A DNA stretch of 64,000 nucleotides, from positions 1,856,001 through 1,920,000 of the forward strand of contig OY776215.1 of the NCBI GenBank assembly GCA_963675495.1, in the 5' to 3' direction. Positions 40,445-49,390 of the stretch are shown piece by piece (within the stretch, counting starts at the first letter, position 1; each line of letters starts with the position of its first letter). The notes beneath the pieces are model-generated. The model was not told where the DNA came from, did not search any database, and was given only the letters and a program-made list of their open reading frames with translations. This DNA is from an uncultured Methanolobus sp. (GTDB lineage: Archaea > Halobacteriota > Methanosarcinia > Methanosarcinales > Methanosarcinaceae). The position numbers and the translations under genes were made by a program.

Positions 40445-41278
40445 ATAGCAGAAACAAAATTCTATAACAACGTAACTGTCCTTGACAGTGTTGACAAAGG
40501 TGATTTTAAAGCAGAGATCCTTCAGTACAATTCTTTAACCGGTAGCAAGGACCCTGCCATTGCAAGGAACCTGCATTATACACAGATGGCAGGTATGCAT
40601 CTGAAACAGGTAAAAGTAACCTTGAATGATAGTGGTGTTATAGTCGAACCGGGTGCTCTTTATTTCCATAAAGGAAACATTAAGTGTGATGCCAATATAG
40701 GTGGTGTTGGCGGTCTTGCAAAGAAGATGCTAAAGAACAAGCTTACAAACGAGTCTGCTTTCAATCCTCTCTACAAAGGCACAGGTGAGGTATTCCTTGA
40801 GCCCAGTTTTAGTCATTTCCTGGCAGTAACGCTGGACAATGGTACTATTATTGTAGACAAGGGTATATTCTACTGTTCCGAATCCTCTCTGGATGTTGGT
40901 GTGGCAAGCCAGAAGAATATAACTGCAGGACTATTCGGTGGTGAAGGCTGGTTCCAGACAAAGATAAGCGGTACTGGTACATGTATTCTTGAAAGCCCGG
41001 TTCCAATGGGTGAAATATTGAAATATACACTTGACAATGAAAGACTTCAGGTTGACGGGAACTTTGCTCTTTTAAGGTCTGATTCAGTAAAATTCAGTGT
41101 TGAAAGATCCGGAAAAGGCATTGCGGGTAAACTAACGTCCGGTGAAGGTCTTCTGCAAACATTTGAAGGGACAGGAACTGTATGGCTTGCACCTACACAG
41201 CCTGTTTACAATTCCATTTCTGCTGGCAGTATTTCATCACTGGCTGCTGCACCTTATAACAGGAACAATCCAGCATAA
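40445..41278 (+). CDS. AIM24-family protein (probable ATA start at 40445; first ATG at 40586)
   Basis: VEPGALY, YKGTGEVFLEP, LFGGEGWFQT, VDGNFAL, SGEGLLQTFEGTG; frame stays open and protein-like for 47 codons upstream of the ATG. Confidence 0.85.
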   Translation: MAETKFYNNVTVLDSVDKGDFKAEILQYNSLTGSKDPAIARNLHYTQMAGMHLKQVKVTLNDSGVIVEPGALYFHKGNIKCDANIGGVGGLAKKMLKNKLTNESAFNPLYKGTGEVFLEPSFSHFLAVTLDNGTIIVDKGIFYCSESSLDVGVASQKNITAGLFGGEGWFQTKISGTGTCILESPVPMGEILKYTLDNERLQVDGNFALLRSDSVKFSVERSGKGIAGKLTSGEGLLQTFEGTGTVWLAPTQPVYNSISAGSISSLAAAPYNRNNPA

Positions 41279-41314
41279 TAGGAGCTTTTTGCTCCTTTAT
41301 TTTCCCCTTTTTTC

Positions 41315-41647
41315 TCAGCCCTGCTCCTTAGCTTGGTAATTTCTGGCAAAACTAAAAGCCTGATATATGTTGTACAGCCAGAAAACGATCAGTATCAATA
41401 TAGGTATTACAAGATATGATGCAACAATCAGTATAAACGCAATTACAAAATAGTAAGAACCTCTGGCAAAATCTCCGTTGTGCATCTGCCCAAGTCCCGG
41501 GAACACCAGTGAATAGAGTGCGGATCTCCATGGCACCGGTTTATGTTCTTCGTCTTCCTCTACTTCTATAACGTACTTCTCTTCTTCATCTGTCAGACCT
41601 ATTCCCCCATAACTATGTAATAGGTTATAGTTCCCTTTGCATAACAA
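41315..41647 (-). CDS. Small membrane protein (TM2-like, PGLGQ motif)
   Basis: SALYSLVFPGLGQMHNG followed by a hydrophobic helix; true start uncertain (possibly CTG at 41596). Confidence 0.7.
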   Translation of the reverse strand: MLCKGNYNLLHSYGGIGLTDEEEKYVIEVEEDEEHKPVPWRSALYSLVFPGLGQMHNGDFARGSYYFVIAFILIVASYLVIPILILIVFWLYNIYQAFSFARNYQAKEQG

Positions 41648-41659
41648 TTTTGCCAGATG

Positions 41660-42076
41660 TTAATTACGTTTTTGAAGGTTCTTTTTTGCTTTTTCGATTT
41701 CAGAAGATGTATTTTGGAGTACGTTTCCAAAGGTTTCCATATTTTGACTTTTGCCTGTACTTTCTTTTTTCATCTTTGTACCTTTTCCAAGGTACCATGT
41801 CAAAAACTCAGTGTACAGTATTATTCCTATAAGAGTGGACCAGAGCATCAGCAATATGTGGAAATTATTTATGGGTACAAGTCCGTTTGCAAGGAGCATC
41901 TGTCTGTATGAAAGGAAAGCCATTGAAGTTCCTGGCATTAAGAGTATAAAAATCAGGGGTGTAAGGAACAGAATAATGAGTGCAAGTCTGGATGACATAT
42001 TGATCAGGACAAAAAGTACTACCACGGCAAATAATGCAAAAAGCATCCCTGATCCTACAAAAGCTAGAATTCCCAT
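41660..42076 (-). CDS. Hypothetical membrane protein
   Basis: Three hydrophobic segments, GGAGA RBS, co-oriented with the ABC permease cluster. Confidence 0.7.
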   Translation of the reverse strand: MGILAFVGSGMLFALFAVVVLFVLINMSSRLALIILFLTPLIFILLMPGTSMAFLSYRQMLLANGLVPINNFHILLMLWSTLIGIILYTEFLTWYLGKGTKMKKESTGKSQNMETFGNVLQNTSSEIEKAKKNLQKRN

Positions 42077-42096
42077 AGTCTTTTTCTCCTGTTAGT

Positions 42097-43941
42097 TTAT
42101 TTCGTTTGCTTATATACTCTGATTATATATAAATATAAGAAGCCAGGTACAACGCCAATCAGGAGGAAAAGGCTGACAAATGAAGATGCTAAAAATCCTG
42201 CAGCTTCAACCCTTGTGATCTCAGGCTCAGTTGTTGCAGTTTCATCACTATTTTCAAAGGGACTATCATATGGTTCATTGTAGCTGCTCTGCTCAATGTA
42301 GATGTCATCTTCCACAAGAGCATCATCAATGTAAAGGAAAGGCTCAGCTGAAACAGCGTTTTCTTTTTTACGCTCTTCGTCTGTAATACTCAGTTCAGTC
42401 ATAGGCAGGTAGTATTCTCCTGCCCTTTCCGCCCGTACAATATAAGTGAACTTCCTGGTCTCTCCTGATTTCAGTATTCCAGTCCACTTGTAATCTCCTT
42501 CGATAAAGGTGAGCTCATCAGGGATGCGTTCCTTGTAAGATACTTTAAAAGTGTCATCGCCTTCATTAGTTACTATGACAGTGACATTTATTTCCTCTCC
42601 CACAAGCATATAACTGGAACTGAGTTCTTTTTCTACAATGACCTTCGAGCCACTTACATGAAAGAGTGCATCAGTTTTTTCAGATTCCAGTGTGTAGGTT
42701 TCTCCTCCATCTTTCCATATCACTGTTGCAGGCATGAATGTAAAATCTCCAGGTTCTGTAGGTGATACAAAGTATTCTATTGTCTTTGTGCTCCTGGCAT
42801 CAAGCAACACTGCCCATTCTGTATTTTCTATATCATTGGGAATAAAAGATGCGGGCAATTCATCTGTGACTGTGACAGCTGTCTGGAAGTTTGCCTTATT
42901 CTCAAGAGTAATAATTATCTGGAAGTACTGTTCAGTTCCAAATTCGGGATTTTCGGATGCTTTTTCCCTTGTAATTATCTCTTTTTCGATGGATATGTAG
43001 GGTTTGACGTTCACTTCTATCGAGGTTTCGCTGCTATATTCATTTCCCCTGTAATCATAGCCCTGAACTTTTGATATTATACTTATGTTCTTACCTATGG
43101 GTCCGGTTTCAGGCTTAACTTTGATTATGAACTTTTTTTGTTTTCCGGGTTCTAGTAGTGAATGTTGCTGAGTTAGTTCTTCTACATCTCCTTCATCACA
43201 TTCCGTGGTCAGTATTATCCCATGTAATGGTATTGTACCGTTGTTCGTAACCAGAAGTTCATATTCCGCATACTCATCTGGTTCATAGCTATCTTTTACG
43301 TCTGCAGAATCTAATTTTATATCAGGTGATCCAGGTTTTAGTGTTTCAAGAAAAACCTCTTTTGTATCCTTTTTCAGATACACTACATTGATCATGAATT
43401 CATCAGACAATTTCTGATGGTCTCCTGTTTTATAAGTCCCCTCAAACTTGTTGCCATCATACTCTCCTGATATTACTGCTCCGTCCTCATTAATATCTCC
43501 AAAGATGATTTTGTATCCATCTCCTGTTAGCGTGTCATCTGTCCTGAATGATGTCTTGGGAATGTCAGTTACCCATACAAGCTCTGATTTTTGTTTGTAT
43601 ATTTCCAGTGAGACTTTCTCCTGGCTTATGGCAAGTACATTGATCTTGAGCTCACCGTTATAGATGTGCTCACTGTTCAATCCAGTATCAACCTTAACAG
43701 CCTCTTTGAAAATCGAGTTCCTGTAAACCAACAATGTAGCCGAGGATCCATTATCAACGTTGATCTCATGTATTTTAATAGTGAAACCTTCCAGGTATGC
43801 TCTTTCAGTAATTCCAAGATCATAGGAACCCTGGAAAATCCATATGTTCTCCTCCCTGATTCCATAAGCGTTTGCAGGTATAATGAGAATTAGCAGTATT
43901 ATGCTTAGAAGGAGAACTTTTCTTGTTGGCATTAATATCAT
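42097..43941 (-). CDS. Cell-surface protein (S-layer/BatD/DUF11-like Ig repeats) with C-terminal TM anchor
   Basis: Signal peptide, repeated VTN.G..../VTDELP / ERIPDEL beta-sandwich motifs, acidic linker, C-terminal TM. Confidence 0.78.
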   Translation of the reverse strand: MILMPTRKVLLLSIILLILIIPANAYGIREENIWIFQGSYDLGITERAYLEGFTIKIHEINVDNGSSATLLVYRNSIFKEAVKVDTGLNSEHIYNGELKINVLAISQEKVSLEIYKQKSELVWVTDIPKTSFRTDDTLTGDGYKIIFGDINEDGAVISGEYDGNKFEGTYKTGDHQKLSDEFMINVVYLKKDTKEVFLETLKPGSPDIKLDSADVKDSYEPDEYAEYELLVTNNGTIPLHGIILTTECDEGDVEELTQQHSLLEPGKQKKFIIKVKPETGPIGKNISIISKVQGYDYRGNEYSSETSIEVNVKPYISIEKEIITREKASENPEFGTEQYFQIIITLENKANFQTAVTVTDELPASFIPNDIENTEWAVLLDARSTKTIEYFVSPTEPGDFTFMPATVIWKDGGETYTLESEKTDALFHVSGSKVIVEKELSSSYMLVGEEINVTVIVTNEGDDTFKVSYKERIPDELTFIEGDYKWTGILKSGETRKFTYIVRAERAGEYYLPMTELSITDEERKKENAVSAEPFLYIDDALVEDDIYIEQSSYNEPYDSPFENSDETATTEPEITRVEAAGFLASSFVSLFLLIGVVPGFLYLYIIRVYKQTK

Positions 43942-43958
43942 CTATATATTTGTATGTT

Positions 43959-45059
43959 TTAAATGTTATGTTCTTCTTTCCTGACGGCCGTTACCATTGA
44001 AACATAGAGGAAAATTGCCACAAGGATATAGATCACCATCCATTTCCAGCTTTCCAGTGCTCCTATGCTTTCTATGGAAAGGCGGGTAACCATGTTCATT
44101 GGGGAGTTTGTGAACAGGTAAGAGGCCATGAACAGGAAGATAAGGATAAGTGAATATAGTAACTGTGCGACTCCTCTTTCCCTGAACAGGACTGCAATTA
44201 TGGTACTTGAAAGTACCAGTACAGCAGCGATAACTGTTACAAGTAGTAATATCTGCAGTGAATTTTGTATCGATACCCTGTTCATTGACAGTAGCAACAT
44301 CCAGACGAACGATTGCAGAGGAACTATCAATATTGCCAGTATCACCTTTCCATTAATGATGTCAAGCATGGATGCCGGAGATACAAGGAGCATATCCATG
44401 GTCTTGCGCTCGTATTCCTCAGTGATGAAATCAATTATCAGTCCTCCTGATATGAATGCCGGAGTGAATACAAGCAAGGGTAGGAGTGCTACATAAATAA
44501 ATTCAAAGTAGGTGGAAGATGTTTTGATACCTCTTTCTATTATGTTGAACTCGATAGGTGTGTATCCGGGCAATCTCTGTGTCCTTATGTCCCTCACACT
44601 CTGCTCGTATTTCTCCAGTGGCTCCTTAAGTTGAAGAGAGACAACAGTTGCCTTTATTTCTGATTTCGGCAGGTATATGTCTATATTAAGCAGCTCAGTT
44701 CCGGTAGATGTCCCCCATGGAGCCACAATTATCGCATCTAACTTATGATCATAGAAGTCCGTATATGCCGACTGGAAGTCGTCATAAAGATATGTTCTGA
44801 CATTGCTCTGCTGCAATATCTCGTAAAGTTCATTATCCTGCGTCCCAACCATAGCAATTGAAGTTCCTTCAAGTTCCATATTTCCCAGTGTGCTCGGATC
44901 GTAGAATGATGTAAGTCCGATTACCAGGAAGGTTGCAAACGATGCTATGAAAAGCTGGATTATAATGGCAAGTATGAATGTCTTTTCGCTCATGAGCTCT
45001 TTGAATTCCTTTTTAGCTATGGTCTTCATTTTGCTGCATGAATTTCCATATTTACTCAA
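43959..45059 (-). CDS. ABC-2 type transporter permease
   Basis: IAKKEFKEL N-terminus; ITEEYERKTMDMLLVSP...GK EAA-like loop. Confidence 0.9.
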   Translation of the reverse strand: MSKYGNSCSKMKTIAKKEFKELMSEKTFILAIIIQLFIASFATFLVIGLTSFYDPSTLGNMELEGTSIAMVGTQDNELYEILQQSNVRTYLYDDFQSAYTDFYDHKLDAIIVAPWGTSTGTELLNIDIYLPKSEIKATVVSLQLKEPLEKYEQSVRDIRTQRLPGYTPIEFNIIERGIKTSSTYFEFIYVALLPLLVFTPAFISGGLIIDFITEEYERKTMDMLLVSPASMLDIINGKVILAILIVPLQSFVWMLLLSMNRVSIQNSLQILLLVTVIAAVLVLSSTIIAVLFRERGVAQLLYSLILIFLFMASYLFTNSPMNMVTRLSIESIGALESWKWMVIYILVAIFLYVSMVTAVRKEEHNI

Positions 45060-46876
45060 AAGAACACCTCCCTCAGGATTATCACGTTATACAAGCTGTG
45101 AAAAAGGGTTGCAAGCACTACGGCTACAACGTAATAACGTGGTCCTTTCTTGTACATTACCAGTGAGCTGATGAGAACTGTTGTGATATGCAGGAACAAT
45201 GGTATCAATAGCAAAGTGCCCATTGTCATTACTGACCCGAAGGCTGAACTTGCAATTGGTGCCAGTGTGAGGACAGCAACAGCTTTTTCCCCTACGAAGA
45301 ATCCTGCACCTGATAATATGGAATACTTTATTGCATTGAGTAATGTGATGTCAGCTATCTTCCTTCTAAAAAGTGTGTAGATGCCAATTGATTTTACAAG
45401 CTCCTCCGCCATTGCGGACAGCAGGATCATGGCTATTATCGAATAAGGCACAGGCAAATTGAAAAGCATGACTATGAGCATCAGTTGTGCCATATAAACA
45501 AAAGGAATGAATATTACGCTAAGCAAGAACACGGAACCATACGGATATGAAAGGAACAGTTCGAAACAGTCAACTATTTTTCCAGTTATGGATTTTTGTG
45601 TGAACAGATCCTCTTCCCTGAAAATGAAGGTTCCAAAGGCATATACTGAGATTGCTACGAAGTAGAATGGCAGGGTTGAGAAAAGATATGTGTTTATCAG
45701 CACTTCCTCGTTCTCAATGAGCCTGACTATGAGCGTTATAGGGGAAATGGAACTGATGGCATGGATATTTGCAAACATTGCAGGGAAGAACAGGTATCCT
45801 GATATGATCACCGACAGGAATACACTTGCAAAAGTCAGTTCCTTAAAACTTCTGGAAAGGATGGCACTGTAGAATGAAAGTGCAAAGAAGAGAAGTACTA
45901 CTGGGAATATGGCTGCGAGTACAAGACATACTCTCTCGACACCTGCAAAACTTGACGGTATGCCGATTATGTATAGAGTTATCGCTGTCTGGATAGCCAT
46001 TGTGATGAAAAGATAGGGGATCGTTTTCCCAACCACAACATCTATGCCACGCAAAGGTGCAGCAAGTACAAGTTCTCCCTTCTTGTTTGTACGCTCATCC
46101 ATCAGGCTTGTGGAGTAGAATTGTGAAATGAAGTAAATTGGGAATATGAACAGGAATGCATAAAGTATAGCTGTGAATGGGATAGGTGGTGAAAAGTTGG
46201 AAGGTGTGGATATTGTCTGCCTTTCAAAGAAGGTCTTCCCTTCCATGGCATCAAGAGCTGCGATATCTTCCGGGGAGATCGTTGCTGATCCTGTTCTTAC
46301 AGACCCGCTACTTTCACGTTCGTTTATATCATATTCACCGGGCACATCGTCAAGACCTGAAGATCCGTTCGCTTCTCTTCTAATGCCATTTACTGTTTCT
46401 TCAGCTCCTGCAAGCTGGAAGTTCTGCGGTCTTTCCAGGTCATGGACAGTGACCCATACCGGATGACTATTGTTAACATCATTATATGAGGTTAGAACCA
46501 CTTCGCGATATGTTTTAAAAGTACTGTCCAATGAATCGCCTGCAGCTGCTGCTTTACGTGTATCCCCCAGATAGACATTGTTTCCTATGATGGCCATATC
46601 AGCACCATATTCATAATAGCTACCTGCGGTGAATCTGTCTACGAGAATATGATCGAATCTTTGGTCGGTTTCGATAACCGGCTGGATATCAGGCTGTGAA
46701 ATAGCTACAAGATATATTTTCTGGTTCATACTCATCCCTGTCTGGGATGCAGCATAAGAGGCAATTATTACCAGTATCAAAGATAATATAAGCATGATCA
46801 TTGACCGTGCATCGAATTTAAGCTTTGATCTAAAAAATTCCCATTTTGCAATAGTGAACCAAGCAGGCATCATCAT
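45056..46876 (-). CDS. ABC-2 permease fused to a PrsW-family intramembrane protease domain
   Basis: IAKWEF; DERTNKKGELVLAAP..GK; C-terminal EELVK, GFFVGEK, LH and FHSLYN motifs. Confidence 0.82.
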   Translation of the reverse strand: MMMPAWFTIAKWEFFRSKLKFDARSMIMLILSLILVIIASYAASQTGMSMNQKIYLVAISQPDIQPVIETDQRFDHILVDRFTAGSYYEYGADMAIIGNNVYLGDTRKAAAAGDSLDSTFKTYREVVLTSYNDVNNSHPVWVTVHDLERPQNFQLAGAEETVNGIRREANGSSGLDDVPGEYDINERESSGSVRTGSATISPEDIAALDAMEGKTFFERQTISTPSNFSPPIPFTAILYAFLFIFPIYFISQFYSTSLMDERTNKKGELVLAAPLRGIDVVVGKTIPYLFITMAIQTAITLYIIGIPSSFAGVERVCLVLAAIFPVVLLFFALSFYSAILSRSFKELTFASVFLSVIISGYLFFPAMFANIHAISSISPITLIVRLIENEEVLINTYLFSTLPFYFVAISVYAFGTFIFREEDLFTQKSITGKIVDCFELFLSYPYGSVFLLSVIFIPFVYMAQLMLIVMLFNLPVPYSIIAMILLSAMAEELVKSIGIYTLFRRKIADITLLNAIKYSILSGAGFFVGEKAVAVLTLAPIASSAFGSVMTMGTLLLIPLFLHITTVLISSLVMYKKGPRYYVVAVVLATLFHSLYNVIILREVFF

Positions 46877-46999
46877 TTTATTACGCGCTTATTATATTAA
46901 TATATATTTCTAAACTTGCTATATAATTACGAAGGGTTATATGCAGGTATTTGTCTAAATTTATATGATTATTTACTAATAATACAAAGGAGTGATAGA

Positions 47000-47809
47000 T
47001 TGGTAGACATTTTAGCTCAAACTATACCTTATACAGAGATAACGATAGCAAACATAGTATTTGCACTGGTGATTCTGATTGCAGGTCTTCTTGTTGCCGG
47101 AATTCTTTCCGGTATGTTTAGTAAAGGCCTAAAAAAGACTAAACTCCCTGAGCTTGTAACTGAATTTCTCGTTCGTTTCCTGCGTGCGTTGCTCTATGTG
47201 GGTGTATTGCTTGCAGTTGTGAGCACCCTTGGGATCGACACAAGTTCTGTGGTGGTAGGTCTTTCAGCAGTTATTGGACTGGTACTTGGTTTTGGTATGC
47301 AGGATTCATTGAACAATATGGCTGCAGGTGTGTGGATAGCCTCCCTGAGACCCCTTGACAAAGGAGAGTATGTAACTGTGGATGGTCTTTCAGGCACTGT
47401 TCATGCAGTTGGTATCATGGCGACAGAACTCCTTACTCCTGATAACCAGTTTATCACATTGCCTAATAAGCTTGTATGGGGAAGTCCTATTGTGAATGCA
47501 AGTCGTATGCCCACACGCAGAGTTTCAGTGGATGTTGGTGTAGGCTATACCACAGACATTCCAAAAGCCGTACAGATCGCTCTGGGTGTCATCAAACAGG
47601 ATTCCCGTGTGCTTGCTGAACCTGCACCGGCAGTTGTTACAACGGAACTTGCAGATTCATCTGTAAACCTGCAGCTTCGTGCCTGGGTCAATACCGATGA
47701 TTTCTGGGGCGTTAAGAACGATCTGACAATAGCTATACATGCAGAATTTGGCAAGGAAGATATTGAAATTCCCTTCCCGCAGCTGGATGTACATATGTAC
47801 AAGAATTAA
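47000..47809 (+). CDS. mscS: Small-conductance mechanosensitive channel
   Basis: GLVLGFGMQDSLNNMAAG, GTVHAVG, TLPN, IEIPFPQLDVH. Confidence 0.93.
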   Translation: MVDILAQTIPYTEITIANIVFALVILIAGLLVAGILSGMFSKGLKKTKLPELVTEFLVRFLRALLYVGVLLAVVSTLGIDTSSVVVGLSAVIGLVLGFGMQDSLNNMAAGVWIASLRPLDKGEYVTVDGLSGTVHAVGIMATELLTPDNQFITLPNKLVWGSPIVNASRMPTRRVSVDVGVGYTTDIPKAVQIALGVIKQDSRVLAEPAPAVVTTELADSSVNLQLRAWVNTDDFWGVKNDLTIAIHAEFGKEDIEIPFPQLDVHMYKN

Positions 47810-47895
47810 ACCGTTTTAATGCATAGTTATCCTTCAACTATGCTTTTCTATATTTTATAACATTGTTTATATATAGTGAAGTGTGTACTCTTTTT

Positions 47896-48810
47896 GTGGA
47901 ACCTGGTATAATCGAAGTTAACGGACTCAGAAAAGAATACGGCGATTTCGTTGCTGTTGATGACCTTTCTTTCTCAGTGGGCAAAGGGCAGATATTCGGA
48001 ATAGTTGGTCCGAACGGTGCTGGTAAGACCACCACACTAAAAATGCTCAGCAGTCTTGTCAGGCCAAGTACTGGCAGTATCTATATGAAAGGTCTGGATG
48101 TCTCAAAGGATGCTGTTGAGATAAAATCATTCCTTGGTTTTCTTCCGGAAGAGTCTCCTCTTTACGAAGGTATGGGTGTAGAGGATTACCTCCTTTTCTT
48201 TTCAGAGCTATACTGTATTCCAAAGGACCGTGCGAAGAAAAGGATACGTGAACTTCTTTTTGATCTTTCTCTCAATGCTGACGGCAAAAAGATAGGCGAT
48301 CTTTCAAAGGGAATGAAGCGTAAAGTTGCCATAGCTCGTTCTCTTATCAATGACCCTGACATCCTGATATATGATGAACCGGCATCAGGATTAGACCCAA
48401 TGACTTCCCGTTATATCACTGATTACGTACGATCACTGAAAAATTCTGGCAAGACCATCATATTCAGTGCCCACAATCTCTTCCAGGTTGAAAGTCTCTG
48501 TGACAGGATACTTATTCTCAAGGCAGGCAAGCTGGTAACTCTTGGTACAGCTGAAGAAATAAGAACGGAATATGGCAAGATACAGTACCGTCTTGAGTTC
48601 AAAGTTGATGCCATCGATGAATACGTTGTATCAGAGGTCAAGACAGTGGATGGTAACTATGTTGTTACAACCAGTGACATTGATGTGGTTAACCAGACTA
48701 CTAAATGGGTGGCATCCAGAGGTGGGGATATAGTGGAGATGCGAACTATTGTACCTTCCCTTGAAGAGATCTTCCTTGAACTTATGGGCGTCGAACTTTT
48801 CGTAGACTGA
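47896..48810 (+). CDS. ABC transporter ATP-binding protein
   Basis: GPNGAGKTT, LSKGMKRK, IYDEPASGLDP, PSLEEIFL. Confidence 0.94.
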   Translation: MEPGIIEVNGLRKEYGDFVAVDDLSFSVGKGQIFGIVGPNGAGKTTTLKMLSSLVRPSTGSIYMKGLDVSKDAVEIKSFLGFLPEESPLYEGMGVEDYLLFFSELYCIPKDRAKKRIRELLFDLSLNADGKKIGDLSKGMKRKVAIARSLINDPDILIYDEPASGLDPMTSRYITDYVRSLKNSGKTIIFSAHNLFQVESLCDRILILKAGKLVTLGTAEEIRTEYGKIQYRLEFKVDAIDEYVVSEVKTVDGNYVVTTSDIDVVNQTTKWVASRGGDIVEMRTIVPSLEEIFLELMGVELFVD

Positions 48811-48855
48811 TTATTCTCAAAAGATTACAGTTTTAAAGAATGCTTTTTTATATTA

Positions 48856-48888
48856 TAGTTGTGTATGCAACAATTGCAAACGCAACTA
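48856..48888 (+). promoter_or_regulatory. Probable MarR operator (inverted repeat)
   Basis: TAGTTGTGTATGCAA-caa-TTGCAAACGCAACTA (13/15 match) between the TATA (48847-48853) and the marR start. Confidence 0.72.
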
Positions 48889-48892
48889 ATAG

Positions 48893-49390
48893 GTGGTAGC
48901 TCTGACACATTCCGCTCAACATGAAAACCTTTGTAGTATTAAAAAACACGAATCCATAGGCAGGGATATATCCCACATTTTCAGGTCCATCAACATATAT
49001 CTTTCAAAAGAGCTGGAACCGTATGGCATTGGGAGTGGACAGTTTCCTTTTTTCAAGCTTTTGATGCATCACGAAGGTGTGAGTCAGGAATCACTTGCAA
49101 GTTCATTGAAATATGATCGTGCAACCATCACCCGCTCTGTGAACAAACTCGAAGAAATGGGTTATGTTATCAGGAAAAGGGATCCCTGCGACAAACGTGC
49201 CTATTGTGTTTACCTTACTGGCAAAGGGCGTGAAATGAAACCTGTGTTGATCGATATCAGCTCAAAGCTCAATGATGTGCTCTTGTATGGTTTTAACACT
49301 GAAGAAAAGGCTATGTTTATTTCCATGATGGAAAAAGCTGCCAAAAACATAGCATCTGAAAACGAAATGAAGAAGGCTTCAAATGAATAA
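48893..49390 (+). CDS. MarR-family transcriptional regulator
   Basis: SQESLA...DRATITRSVNKLEEMGYV.R..DKRA..VYLT.KG. Confidence 0.93.
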   Translation: MVALTHSAQHENLCSIKKHESIGRDISHIFRSINIYLSKELEPYGIGSGQFPFFKLLMHHEGVSQESLASSLKYDRATITRSVNKLEEMGYVIRKRDPCDKRAYCVYLTGKGREMKPVLIDISSKLNDVLLYGFNTEEKAMFISMMEKAAKNIASENEMKKASNE

